From positions 1,736,001 through 1,800,000 of the forward strand of contig JAYWIR010000020.1 of NCBI GenBank assembly GCA_036172245.1: 64,000 bases of DNA, written 5' to 3'. A program made the position numbers and the translations under genes. This stretch comes from Raillietiella orientalis (lineage: Eukaryota). The notes beneath the pieces are model-generated. The model saw only the letters and a list, made by a program, of their open reading frames with translations, had not been told where the DNA came from and ran no database searches. Below are positions 13,440 through 25,800 of the stretch, piece by piece; positions within the stretch are counted from its first letter, which is position 1; the number at the start of each line of letters is the position of its first letter.

Positions 13440-14238
13440 ATGGGATTGTTTGGAAGCAGAGTTGAACTATCAGCAGAAGAACTGGATGAATATGAGGTAT
13501 GTCGTTCTCAGAATTATTTAGTTCAGTCAAATGCACTTTTATAGGAGCTAACGAATTTACGTAAGTGGGAGATCATAAAGTAAGAAATACTTGGGGGATG
13601 CTGCCACTTTTTCGTATTCATCATTTATAGGGCCTATGAGAAGTTTTACCATTTGTCCCCAGCAGTTGTTCGAGAAAGCCGTCAAGCATTACTACCTTAT
13701 GAATCCGTTTGCACCCTAGAAGAAATAGCATCGAATCCATTATGCCATTCAATTTGTTGTGTGAGATTGTAGGGTTTGCTGGTAGAACATTTTTGCTTTG
13801 TAGACGTTTAGTTCATCTCAGGATGGTCAGCTCAGTTTTGATGACTACTTAGACATGTTATCAGCTTTCTCGATGCATGCTCCACTGCTTCTTAAACAAG
13901 AGTATGCGTTTCGTATTTATGGTAATTTGTTAATTTTTACCATGTTGGTAAAAAATCTGTTGTTTATCAGACATGGATAAAGATGGAGTTATAGGAGAAG
14001 ATGATCTCATCCAGTTAATTAATAAGCTGATTTTCCCAGATAAAATGGACATTTCAGACATAAAGTCAGTTCTGCAAATCATTTGGAAAACAGCAGACCT
14101 AAATGAGGATGGGAAAATTTCGTCTTTGGAATTTGAGCATCTTCTTAACAGTATTCCGGAGTTCTCAGAGTAAGAAAGCATTGAGCTAAATGTTCAAAAG
14201 CTGACCAAAATATTTACAGATTGTTTAAATTTTGCTGA
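13440..14238 (+). CDS. CIB: Calcium- and integrin-binding (CIB) family EF-hand protein, 6 exons: 13440-13496, 13545-13579, 13631-13760, 13804-13921, 13971-14169, 14220-14238
   Basis: MG start (possible myristoylation), LSAEELDEYEELTNLRKWEI, NPLCHSICCTFS...DGQLSFDDYLDMLSAFS, YAFRIYDMDKDGVIGEDDL, DLNEDGKISSLEF. GT-AG introns of 43-51 nt. Confidence 0.9.
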
Positions 14239-15199
14239 TATTGACGTTTTCTATTAGTATTATACTTCGAATGCCTGCAACTCTGCAGCTTTGTGGAAAT
14301 GATGCCATTTTGTATTTTAATTTTAGCTTCATTTGATATACATTCGGATGAAATGCATAAGTGGTAACATGATTGGTAACACTTCATGGTAATTGATCAT
14401 AAATGCTGAATGGAATCTGAGTAAATTTGTATTCGCGTATTCCCAAAGCTTTTTGTTTTGTTCTTTTCAGCTTCCCTCCATCAAAGTTGATTAGTTTTAA
14501 ATTGTATCGTAATTACAGTAACGTTCGTTTAATTAGTGCCATTAGAATTCATTCTCTGAAGCACTGTAGACGTGAATATCATGGAACTGTTCAGTATTTA
14601 TTCAGAACGTACTGAAAAGTCAAATCGGTGAATGAAAACTGTGCGTAGTTTTGTGTAAGTCATTGCTTATTGAAGCATTCAGGCCTTGAAATTCCATGTA
14701 AAGGAATCGAAATTTTTTCCTCCATGTAAGAATGCTACATCTGGGATATGTATATGTTCAGGCAATACATAGTGCATTGATTTATCATGATCAATGAATT
14801 TGCTGCTATTCGACTCTCTTTATTTGCTTTGTTCCAATGATAATCTCTGTTGCATTTTCCATTTACGACGTCCAAAGAAGAAATAACAGAAAATAAATAT
14901 TACTTTGCTTAGCATCCAGGAAGAAAAAGTCCATGATCAGTTTATTTTTCATAATGACTACTCCCGATTTTTTTACAAAATCTTTGAACAAATAGTGTAT
15001 GCTTGCATCGGAAGTGTTTTAATCACGGCTACATTTTAATTGGCATATTTCCCATCCAATTACTGTATTTCAATACGGATTTCATCTTGAGGATTTTTTC
15101 CGTTTTTTCTCACTTAATTAGTAGTGCTTTCAATAATTAGGTATAAAAATCATGCTCGATCCTTGGCATAACATCAAAAATAACTCGAGCTTGAGCTGC

Positions 15200-18100
15200 A
15201 TCTGAGGGGGATGGGGTCCCCAATAGATGTGTAAAGCTCTTCTGGAATTGGCTCAGCCATCCGGAAGCCGCAGAGCAACTCTGTACCTTCCTAAATAGTA
15301 GGAATTCTTTTTAAAAGTGGTCAGACCCACCCCGTCCACAACAGCTTTGTGAAAATGCCGATGCGAGCCAGTCGTCCGGTAAGGTCCGCTTTGGGAACTG
15401 TGGAGGGAAGCAAAAAATAAAAATCAATAGACCGTGTTGTCTGTTGGGAGTGGATTGAGGAAGGGGTCCCAAGTTGTTCCATGGCCGTCCTCTGCATCCT
15501 TCGAACGATGCGGGCAAGTTGCTCTGTTGCTACAAAAGGTAAGCACATCTCGTCGCCATCCTGATGAAGCAGGTCGCAAAGTGGATGGCAGCCCTGTCAT
15601 TCTCGCCTCTTTTGGAGGATCTTTAGGGCGTTAATATCTCGTTGAGGCAACATGCGGTTGCTGTCGATGCGGAGAGGGGCACTGCATCCCTCACGAAGAG
15701 GCGCATAACATTGCCTTTGGGGTTGTCCACTGGGTGCTGGAGGGCCGTTGCAAAACGTTGCCATGCTGGCCCTCAGCACAGCATGGCAACGTTTACAATC
15801 CACTAGCAGATGCAGGGAAGATTGTACCGCTCTTGGCACAGTCCGGGACCATGCTTTTGACTCAGTGATGCCAGATCGCGCCAAAGACCGTGAACAGAAC
15901 GGTATTGAAGGTAGTTCCTGTCGGTGCACCCGCTCGGGCAGGGCATCCGGACAAGATCCGCTTGAGGATCCTCGTGGACAGCATGGTGAAATACCTTAAT
16001 GTGGCTTTAGGAGAAATTCTGCCCTGCAGAAGATGGAGACTTGCTTCTGAAGAGATGCTCCCCCTCGTAACGTGGTGCATATGTTGATTGCAAGGGAAAC
16101 TCCAGTCCGGGAAAAGCACCACGTCTTGTTGCCATTTGAGGCGAGCACAAAAGTGTCAAAGCGCTTTTTACGGGGACACACTCGAGGCTTCGGCCCACCG
16201 GCAAAGCTCCTTCGCTTGAGTGCAGGGCAGAGCCATTTTGAGCAGCTCTTTGGATCATGATCCGCCAAGGAGTTTTTTCACTTCTGCAATACTACATCTA
16301 CGGTTGTTTTGTCATGAAGAACCCAGCACTCCTTCCAAAGGTATGGCGGACACGCGCGTCCACCTCGTTGGCTTTGCAACGATCTGGAGGAAGATCCTAC
16401 CAAAATGCTGAACGGGGATGAAGTTTTTCCGGCTCATACTGGTCAGGTGTCTACGGAATCGTGTGGCCAGACGACAGAGTTCAGGGGGGAGCAAGAGATC
16501 CATTCATCGATTCTAGCACGGAAGCAAGCTGTTTCAAGAAAATTCCAAGAGCTGCAGCCATTTGCAGTTGCGTGATAAAGAACTCCAGTCTCGCAACGGG
16601 CCGTCCGCTGCGGAATGTAGCAAGTCGAAAGGCATCGCTACTGGATCGAAGTCCTCCATCAGGGCGAATCTTTTAAAGTGGAATTGCAATTCTACCCTTC
16701 CTCACGTTGAGATATCCGATTCAGCATCCCTTCGAGGAACATCAATGTCCTTGATGCATATCCGAGGTCTCAAGATTTCACAAAGGGCCTTAACAATCTG
16801 TCGGGTCTTTACCTCGTCTCAGCGAGAGGGGAACAACGAGAAAAAGACGCGGTTGAAGGAGAAAAGCCAAGAATTCCAGATCGAGACCCATCAAGATGAA
16901 TTTGCCATAAACGAACGGCCCAAGAGCTTTCTCTGCTTTTTGAAGACAATCACTTAACGCTTGTCGAGAACAAATGTAGCCCACTGGCACGCCGAGGTGT
17001 TTAAAGTACCTGCGCATGGTAATCTCCAAGCGAATACAGTCCGACTGACCCTTTGACGATGCTGCAACAGCAACGATCGCGGACCTCACTCTGTTAACGC
17101 TCTCGCTCCAGTAATCCTGCTTTTTCTTCTCTCTACTTCAAGTGAAACGGAAGAGAAAACAGCCGAGAACCCACTGAGAAAAACCTTTTGGGGCTTCGGG
17201 AGGTCCCCAGTACGCTTGAAAGGCGTTTGCTGCGTTTCGTGATAATGAACATGGCGTCCTGAGACTGGAGAGGATAGTGCATCAGCTCCGTTCCCGAAGA
17301 CTGACCCTGGAATCCAAGTATTGATTGATGGACGCACCGGTGCGTCCTGCGCGACTCCTGGCCAAGCAAGCAGCCGTCTGTTACGTCTTCACTCAAGCTT
17401 GCCCGATGCGGGTATCACCTTCAGCAGATGGTTGCCTTCGATTAGGACCACGCTTGGATCTTCTGCTCGTCCAAGAACTGAAGTGCCTGGAAACAGGATG
17501 CAGCTCAGAGATGGACAAAAATCAACGGTGCGATTTCAGAGCAATCGCAACGTCTGCGGTACGCCAACTACGCCCGCTGCTCATTGCAGAAGATATAGGA
17601 AAACACCCGGAAGAACGCGTGGGTTGAAGGAGCCTCACTTGCAGCCACACCGTCTTCCCTTCGCGTGAACAGTGCAAGTGACCACCTAACAACTGACAAG
17701 TCGGGGTGTGTTCTGTGAAATCGCAGGAAGGATACAATTATTGGGATGTTGAGCGGCACATAAGGTTGTTCCACCCTCACTTGCTATCCCAGGAAGGTAT
17801 GGCCACCGCCCTGCGTTTTTTTTACCGCAGTTCACTGGGCTCGTCTTCTGGAAATTCCCTCGGGAGACGTAGAAATCCTCGAGGTCTTCCCGGGCAGTTC
17901 CATGCTCCCCTTGAAGTGGCAGGACTTGGCACTGGATTGCACTTTCCCATGCGGCGCACAGCGTCATCACTGGACCAGGAGGAGTGTGGTCCCAAACTAC
18001 GTCAAATGCAATGAAAGGGTGACCTCTCCGCACTTGTACTCGAGTGTGTTGCCCTACGTAAGCGACAATCGAACGGCACACTGTGTCACCTTTTCAGACG

Positions 18101-18300
18101 TGACTCAATATTGCCGCTTCGTAGCCTTCTGCGGCTCCCGTGGGGACGTGGCAACAAGCAGTTGCAGCGGACCGGAGATGCGATGCCGATCGTGTTCTTA
18201 CTTTTCAGGATGACCATTAGGTGAACGTGTCTCCGAAACAGCAGGAGTAATTTGCCTGCATCCTGGAAAAAACGATGAGGATGCCATGGAGGAATCTCAA
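15200..18300 (-). mobile_element. Highly degenerate L1/Tx1-like LINE ORF2 remnant, a different family from 1-3300
   Basis: Minus-strand remnants of RT motifs: PG.. (~17790), GVAQDAPVRP resembling motif B (~17350), FKHLGVPVG (~17000), and a C-terminal CP..G..TFNTVLF..FGAIW (~15900). Many stops and frameshifts; ends approximate. Confidence 0.65.
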
Positions 18301-18699
18301 ACCTTTTGAACCTCTTGTTGTTGTTTTTATTTGTTAATTTAATGTTTACACCCTCCTTTTTACCTTTCTCTGCTTGGATTCTGTCGGCAAGCTGTTCCCG
18401 AGCAGTACATCCTCCTAGACTTTGGCGGAGTAGTGTGTTTGCAACCCCGCTACTAGGAAGGACCTTTTTCTTTACTTTAGGATTTATTGTAAATATGTAA
18501 CTTTTTAACAACGAGGGCCTTCGGTTCTTCGCTGGTTTCTGATTCCCCGACATAGGGAGCGAACGTGTTTTGTCGGCATTCCGCAGACTTATGCTAGTGG
18601 TTGTCGGCACAATTTGGTTGTGCCGTAGGATTTAGGAATTCATTGATGGAGTGGCATAAATGCCAGGGACCCCTACCCACGAAGACATGGACTTCAGCC

Positions 18700-20200
18700 C
18701 TCAGGGTATGAGTGTCCGGGAAAGGTTTAACCTGTAGTTAGGAGGCTGCTACGAAGTGGAAGCCAGGACTTATATGTCCCAAAGATAGCTGCCATCCTTG
18801 CACTACAAGATTGGCCGCTTTGGTATTGCTCCGGCTGTGCACTCCTTTTCGGAAGGGCTGAGCAGCCTCAGTGTAAAAAAACAAAGGAAGAGTGAGAAGG
18901 CCTGCCGGTGGTGAGCGGTGGACCAGGTGTTGAACTAAGCTGTAAGGATGCAGGACTCTTTCAAGGACTATTAAATATGCCCATCATTGTCCAGAGTGGA
19001 AACCTCTTTTCCTTCATGACGGGACATTTGGTGGGTGCTTCACATAACTGGGATCAGGATGCTGATGAACAAGCAATAAGTCCTCCGTCTTCATTTCACC
19101 GTTCGTGAAGGTGCACACTTCCCGGGTGAAGCGCAACATGTTCCTCGGATTCGAGCGGCTGTTCAGTGCATGTCATCGTGCCCGAACAGAAGCAGCTCCT
19201 TGCAGAATGCAGGTCGACACTGAATGGTTTGGCCTGCGGTTTCCAGGTAAGCCGAAAATGCGAGTCGCAGTTGCATTACGGCGAAGAGAAACCTGACGAA
19301 GAGCTGTCCCGAGGTAAGTGGTCACCGCTGCGAACATTTGGATCACACGACGGATGCGTGTACAAAAAGAACTCGCCCGCAATACTCCGGCAGCGAAATC
19401 CTCTCCCTTTCCCCCAAAAAGAACCACGGGATGAGCGAATTGCCAAAAGGTAACCAAAACTTCAAGAGATAACAAACCGACAGTCACCAAGCCAACCCTC
19501 ACTTTAGCGGAAAGTTCTTCCGAAAAACCAGAAGGAAAAACCGGCGAACAGGGTTGGGACAAATTGGTGATAAACAAAAAAAATAATAATAAGGAAAGTA
19601 TATCAAATAGAGCTGTTAGGATAATGAACAAGCGAAAAAGAAACAAAGTTGATCTCTGAGTAATTGAGCTAACTCCTATTGCGACGCCCGAAGCCATGCA
19701 ACAAAACGTGAAGAACCACGCTCCGTTGCATGGCCACCGAATCCTCGATCCATACGTTCCAAGGTCGCGAGGCTAACGTGCCCTCCGAGTTAGCAAGGTG
19801 GTGAGAGCACCACCTTGCTAACGAAAAGGCTAAGAAAAACAGGAGACCCTCAGGCGTCCCGCAGAGGGAAGCCGTCGCGAGCCTTCCGACATGCTCTCGG
19901 AGGCGGAAGCGCAGCCGGGAACACAGCAGCCCTGCGAACCACCCACATGATGCCAAGGCGAGAGAGGTGAAGAAAGGAGAGTCCGTTCTTCTCCGTAGGT
20001 CTCCCCGCCTGCAAGCGTCTCTCTCGAACAAGCGGTAGAGAAACGTTACAACGCGGAGAATCGCCTCCTGCCATCAATTGAGCGTGGTCTGCTGGAACAT
20101 CAGCAGGCTGCACGACGACCGCAGGAGACGATGCATGGCCATCTCCCTGCATCCGTTCGATTTGGTAACTTCGCGAGAGACTCACCGGGTCCCTGCGGTA
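18700..20200 (+). mobile_element. LINE fragment: gag-like ORF1 with zinc-knuckle remnant, followed by the start of an APE ORF2
   Basis: RFPGKPKM...KSCPEVSGHRCEHLDHTTDAC, a decayed CCHC knuckle (~19240-19365). LSVVCWNISRL...FDLVTSRETH (20078-20187) resembles APE motifs WN..GL / D...LQETH. Confidence 0.65.
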
Positions 20201-20520
20201 GAAAGCGCCGGGATTTTTATCCGGTCATGTCACCGGCGTGACCGGTTGAAAAATTTGTTTAAAAGGTAAGCAAGCATCTTGGGAACGCGATTGCCAACTG
20301 AAAACAAAAATAAGTTGATCTGGAGAGTAAATCGACACGAAGGTCGGCCACTCTAAAGTTTTGGAACACGTGGTAAGGAACAATAAATCATCAAAAAAAA
20401 AAAAAAAAAAGGTAGGAGAGAAGGTACAGGGTTCTTTGGTACTTGGGCTCCATCCATCCTAGAACTAGAACCGACACTGGATGCCAACGACCTCTGTCTT
20501 GACTCCTTTTTGGCGGGGCT

Positions 20521-22100
20521 ATCACGCATCCGTGCTCATGCGGGTGGTACGCTGCCAAGCAGGTGACCTCTCTTCGCTGCTACCCTGACCCCAGCACAGG
20601 GGCCAACTGTGACGATGGCGAGGGTGCACCGCGGCGCCTGCCGGGAGTTTGCCGCGCGCAAAGAATCGCCGCAGCAGGTTCCTTGGCGGGGTCCTCCTTG
20701 TGAAGGAACGCTGAAGATGCAGCCTCTGCTACCGCTCGTAGAGGGCAGCTCAATTCAACCACAACGATTGTAGCAGCAACCGTTTGGTCGCTCCTCACCC
20801 AAACAGGGATTGGGGGTGCAACTTCCCCAGAAAAGCGAGTTGCCGACGCCGATTGCTGCGGAGGCCCCAGCGCACAAGCGGTGGTGCTTTTCGCGCTTCC
20901 AGTTCGAGAGGCTCCTGCATGCAAAGGAGTTCTTCGGGATCAAGGTGAAGGAGTTCGCTCCCCTGACGTGGTCACATCTCCCGAGAAATGTGAGGCGACG
21001 GCATCCGCTGGCTCGCTTGTCTTCCAGCTGCCCAGGAGTTTGGTCGCTCCTGCAGTGATCCAGAGGAACTCCCACCCTGCTGGTTGATAGCTGTCTCTGT
21101 TTGCCCTTACTTAAACCATGCGGCAAGGAGTGCAGCAGCCAGGTGAGATCGCTTCGTCGAGTCCTGCAGAAGGCGTCCCAGAGAAAGAAGCTGCAAAGGG
21201 AACAGTCAAGGGACAAAGTACTTCTGGGGACAATTCCAGGTCACAACCGCCTTCTTTCGCCAAGAACTTGAGTTCCTAGGACGATGGGAGATTGATTATT
21301 GAAATTCAGAAAACGAGGCGAGTTGCCTCAGCTGTAAACCGAATCCTCGCAACCCGAATCGGAAGCGCGGCAACAGCGATGAAAGTACTCCGCTGTCTAA
21401 GGGCGAGGAGTGCAGGCGCGCAACGCGGGAAAGTCCCCAATTTGACAGAGAGTGCTCGGAGGTCTTTTCCAAGTAGAAGAGTGGGCAAGCCAAAAAGCAA
21501 GAGGCAGAGCAGAGGGACAGTGGAGGTGTTCCAGATGGTGGCCTGCTCCGGAAAGTGCCAAATTGCCTTCGAGGAACGGGCCAGAGGTCGAGGAATTCGA
21601 GGGGCGGGGGGACGTTAGCGGAGGACGGGACTGCACACTCGCGCGGAGAAGAATGGAAGAGGGAGCGGCCTTCTGTTTCAAGCAGACGTTCAACGTGCCG
21701 TGCTCGGGGCGCGATCCTCGACAAGGACGGCTGGGTGGAGCAGCTTTCTCTGGATCAGCTCAGACGACTCGAGAACTGCGTCAGCTCTTGCGATGCTTCC
21801 GCGGACAGGACCTAAGCAACTCGAAAAATCAAAGCAGTCTCTGAACCAGAAAACCGGAATGCAAGAATGCACTTGAAATGCACACGATGTGACTCTTTAC
21901 ATCTTGATACGGACTCTGCAGCAGATCATTTCATGGAAGTAGATCTAATAGGTGCCCTAGGTGCCCAATCACAGGAGCACCTGCAGCATCTACAACTCCT
22001 ACGTGACGTGCAGGCATTCAAGGCGTTTGTAAGCCTCATAATAATAAGGAAAAGCAATAAACAGAATGCTCTGGGCAACCCTGCTGCAGCATAAAGAGTG
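20521..22100 (+). mobile_element. 5' fragment of an R2-like (RLE) non-LTR element with several decayed C2H2 zinc fingers
   Basis: QPFGRSSPKQGLGVQ (cf. CxxCGRSFxSKxGLGVH), PCGKECSSQVRSLRR, ESARRSFPSRRVG, CTRCDSLHLDTDSAADHF. The first 360 nt recur at 22621-22981. Confidence 0.5.
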
Positions 22101-22384
22101 GTTTCCATGCAACTCACAGCAGGTGGCATTGTGGGAAACTCAGGCACCCTAAGGGGCGTTGTTGATCCAACCTGTGTGCACAGGTTTGCCTCCTGAGGAA
22201 GCGAAAGCGCGGTTTCGAAGGTAAACGGAGAAGGCACGAGACGAGCGCGTGTCAAGTGGATGCTGCGAAGAGATAATCCTGCAAAACTCTCTTGGACAGA
22301 AGTGAGAAGGCGATCCTGAGCTTCACTTCTCCTTCCTCCTCAGGAGAAACGGAAGCGCTAAAATAATTAAATTGAGTAGTTCAT

Positions 22385-22498
22385 GTTAGGTTAGGTTGAG
22401 TAGGTTAGTTTAGGCTAGGTTAGGTGAATTAGGTTAGGTTATGCTAGGTTAGGTTAGACAAGGTTAGGTAGATTAGGGTATGCAAGTTAGGTTAGGTT
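22385..22498 (+). repeat. Degenerate (TTAGG)n tract, arthropod telomere-type motif at an interstitial site
   Basis: gttaggttaggttgagtaggttagtttaggctaggttaggtgaattaggttaggtt... Confidence 0.85.
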
Positions 22499-22532
22499 GA
22501 TAATAAATGGATGAATTTGGATTGGGTGAACA

Positions 22533-22565
22533 CAGGGGGAGATCCATGGCATGGATCTCCCCCTG
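22533..22565. repeat. Perfect 15-bp inverted repeat (hairpin)
   Basis: cagggggagatccat-ggc-atggatctccccctg. Confidence 0.95.
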
Positions 22566-22620
22566 CTAACTCAGTACCGGCGGCGATCTCCATCTCGACG
22601 TCAGATTAGAAGGCAGAGCC

Positions 22621-22981
22621 ATCTCGCATCCGTGCTTATGCGGGTGGTACGCTGACACACGATTGATCTCCCTTCGCTTCTCCCGAGACCCCAGCACAGG
22701 GGCCAACTGTGATGATGGCGAGGGTGCACCGCGGCGCCTGCCGGGAGTCCGCCGCGCGCGAAGAATCGCCGCAGCAGGTTCCTTGGCGGGGTCCTCCTTG
22801 TGAAGGAACGCTGAAGATGCAGCCTCTGCTGCCGCTCGTAGAGGGCAGCTCAATTCAACCACAACGATTGTAGCAGCAACCGTTTGGTCGCTCCTCACCC
22901 AAACAGGGATTGGGGGTGCAACTTCCTCAGAAAAGCGAGTTGTCGACGCCGATTTCTGAGGAAGCCTCCGTGCAGATGCGG
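22621..22981 (+). repeat. Second copy of 20521-20881 (R2-like 5' zinc-finger region), offset exactly 2100 nt
   Basis: Near-identical ungapped sequence, e.g. gaccccagcacaggggccaactgtga...cccaaacagggattgggggtgcaacttcc. Confidence 0.93.
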
Positions 22982-22984
22982 TAG

Positions 22985-23900
22985 CATGTGGGCAGCTGCC
23001 TCTGCTTGTTCTTGTGCTCTGAGGAAACGGTGAGGCCACAAACGGGAGCGACTCCGTCGAGTCCTGAGGGACTTCTTTAAGCTGGTGGCGGAGGAGGATG
23101 CCTACTTGATCAAGTCTTCCCGGGCGCTCCTCCTATGATGGCAGCTGCCCTACTCGCCGTCTCTTGCCTCCATGCTCCGAGAGAAGGTAGGAGTTTCCTA
23201 GCTTTGAAAGTCCGAACTGGACTTCGTCCATCTTTGACGATTTCTCGATGCGCGCCGATGCCTATTCTGCGTCCGAGTGTTGGTATCGTGTGGTTTACGC
23301 TGAGAAAATGCCCACCTTCTGCATGATGTCGACCCGGAAGCAACCCAGGGTGAACGCAATAGCAGCTTCCGTCGAGGTCCCGATTTGCACGAGCTCCGAG
23401 TTCCGAGCAAATCGCTGCCCTCGAAGTCACGGAACGTGTACTCTCGGGAGTTTGCCTCTCCAGAGTTTCAGAAGCACGCTGCTCCCTTCGGAGGGAGTAT
23501 CTTCAGAGAAATCAGGAAGCGTTCTTTTGTGGTTCTCTTCAGAGGAAGAAACCAGGAGCGGATCCTTTCTGGGGGGTCCTTCTGGAGAGAATGAGCAAAA
23601 AGTTCGGAAAAAGCCAGAGCGATGGTTTCTTTCAGGGTGAACCGAAATGGCAGGGACGCCATCCACTGGGCACAAATCTTCCTTAAGACCACCTCGAGAT
23701 GGCACCACTTAGCCGCTATACGGACAAAACTTGCTTGTATCCTTAACAGAATGCACAAGACGTGATCCCTTCCTCGATTCTCCTCCCCATCTTCCCCGTG
23801 TTTAAGTCCCCCACCTCTGTTTCGTGTGTCTATTTAGTTTTTTGGGTGTTCTTGTTTTTATTTTCTCTTTCCCCACGCTGCTCAAGGGGACCTCGCCGCT
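22985..23900 (-). mobile_element. Decayed gag-like ORF1 of an L1/Tx1-like LINE (5' fragment)
   Basis: Minus-strand VSSEHKNKQRQLPTCYRIC, resembling the Y.GQP.TCY.C knuckle lead-in, lies at the junction with the duplicated segment. GC-rich with many frameshifts. Confidence 0.45.
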
Positions 23901-25289
23901 TAGTGTGCCGGTCTTCCGCAGGTCCATTGCGCATGCGGAACCATCGGTTCTGCCACACCAATGTATTTTTATTACTTTATGTAATGAATGCCCCGACATA
24001 ATCGGGCGACAATCATCCTATGGGGGAGTTTCTGTGATACCAGGCAGGTCTGTACGTTACGACTGCTTTTCGACTGTGCTCTCTGACTCCTTCTTGAGAT
24101 GCATGTCGCGGCTGCAAACCCGGTGGTGAAACTCACTCTACGGAAAGGGCTCGGTCCTGTGCTCCGGACGGCTCCACCAAGCTGGCTCGCATCTCACACC
24201 TGACATCCTTTTCGTGCGGAAGGGCAATCCAAATTCTCAACAGCAAAGAAGAACGCGACAAAGACGTCAGGCCTGAGGCACTTTCAGGCGCTTCGCTACT
24301 CGTGGGTAAGGTTGCACCCACCTCCAGCTCCAGTGCAGATGATGGTTTCCGGCACGATGATGTCCTGCAATCTTACCGCGACGTGCGCGTTTCCTAGAAA
24401 GCTCACAGAACGCATAAGGGGAATCTGGAAACCTTTCAGGGTCCATCCGCGGCTCTTACGCCAATTATTACGGATCCCTGCCTCAAGTGATGAATCAGGA
24501 AATGATCTCAGTCGTGGCTGTGTGCAAACGCTTTATCGCACGTGCTCTCCAAAGAGTGTTCTCGTGTCTCTACGAGTTTCCTCTCATCTTGCTGGCAGTG
24601 TGAAAGCGAGGGAATGAGTCCTAAGTGCTACCAACAAGAAATGGTTGCTGCTACTCAGAGGACACTCAAACTGAAATCTGAAACCTTGCTCATTTCTGCA
24701 GAAGAACTCGGCCTTCTTTTCGCTCTCTGTCTCTCGTCCTCTCTGAAGAGAACGGAATCGACCAGCTGACCCGAAACTGATCCCGAGCAAATGTCGTAAA
24801 CATGGAAAATTGAATTGAGGGCTTTTCCTTGTTACGTCGAGAATGCGTGCCCTGTGGGCGAACCACTCATATAGCATGTTCGTTTTATTTTTGAATAACG
24901 AAGACTTCTTGGTACTCGCCTGCCTATTTTCATCAAGAATTTCTGCTGAACGTCACTTTGCAATTACTAGCACTGAAAGCGCAATTCACTCTGAATGGTG
25001 TGGGCGCTAATATTACTCGATTATCATTCACGTACCTGAAATGAAAGCCTCATTAATACAGAAATCGCACCGTTTTCTGCATTTTGTTGCCGTTTGTTTT
25101 TGTTTTTCGAATTCCACGAAGAGAGTGGATAACCCCTTGATGGAAACTTCCTAGTTGCATATTTGCTACCTCTGTAGCAGCGGTAGAAAAATTCAAGGCG
25201 TGTGCCCTCCAAGAGTTAAGAAAGATTCAGTGGCTTTAGGTTTTTGTTTTTGTTTTTGAAAAAAAAAAAATATTGTCTCAAGAAGATGC

Positions 25290-25800
25290 ATGAGCGAAGT
25301 AGGAAAGCTTTAACCATTGGGTATATGATGGGAACGGGAAAACAATGCTTCCCTCCTTATCACATCCTTACTAGTAACAAACCCCAATCTGCTGTGATAA
25401 AGACTCCCCAGGTTCGTAGGTTAGTGAGAAAAAATCATAAAAATGACTTACAGTGGATCATGGTGCTTGCATTCAAAGGAGCACGCGCAACTCCTCCGAC
25501 TCCCGTGTATGTTGACGGTGATGTTTTCATATTTTTGTGTAGATATCTAGAAGCGAAAGTCTCAGGTGTTCCCAAGCGTCTTTGCACAGTACCATGACAT
25601 CGACCGAACACATCTGCGGCAAAGGGTATTGAGCATTCGGCCCCCACGCTTCCGAGCACGGATGGGTGGCATTCGTAAGCTTCTTTGGATCAACGAGGTC
25701 AAAATAACAAGGTCCTCCTAATGGTACGAATCTCAAATGGTCAGGTGGAGGTTTCTTATGGCTTCCGAAGATGCTGAAACGCAAGTCTGTGGCGTGCACG
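25290..25800 (+). pseudogene. Possible decayed tyrosine recombinase (Crypton-like or viral-type)
   Basis: Ordered motif remnants across frameshifts: LTSNKPQSAVI, MVLAFKGARATPPTPVYVDGDVFIFLCRYL, GGIRKLL, FLMASEDAETQ. Several catalytic residues are not intact. Confidence 0.35.

Noticed and set aside
20580..20924. Minus-strand ORFs in the duplicated segment (also 22566-23039)
   Set aside because: The plus strand carries the zinc-finger remnants, so these are most likely antisense frames.
22385..22498. True telomere or chromosome fusion site
   Set aside because: Short, degenerate, single orientation, with no head-to-head TTAGG/CCTAA junction.
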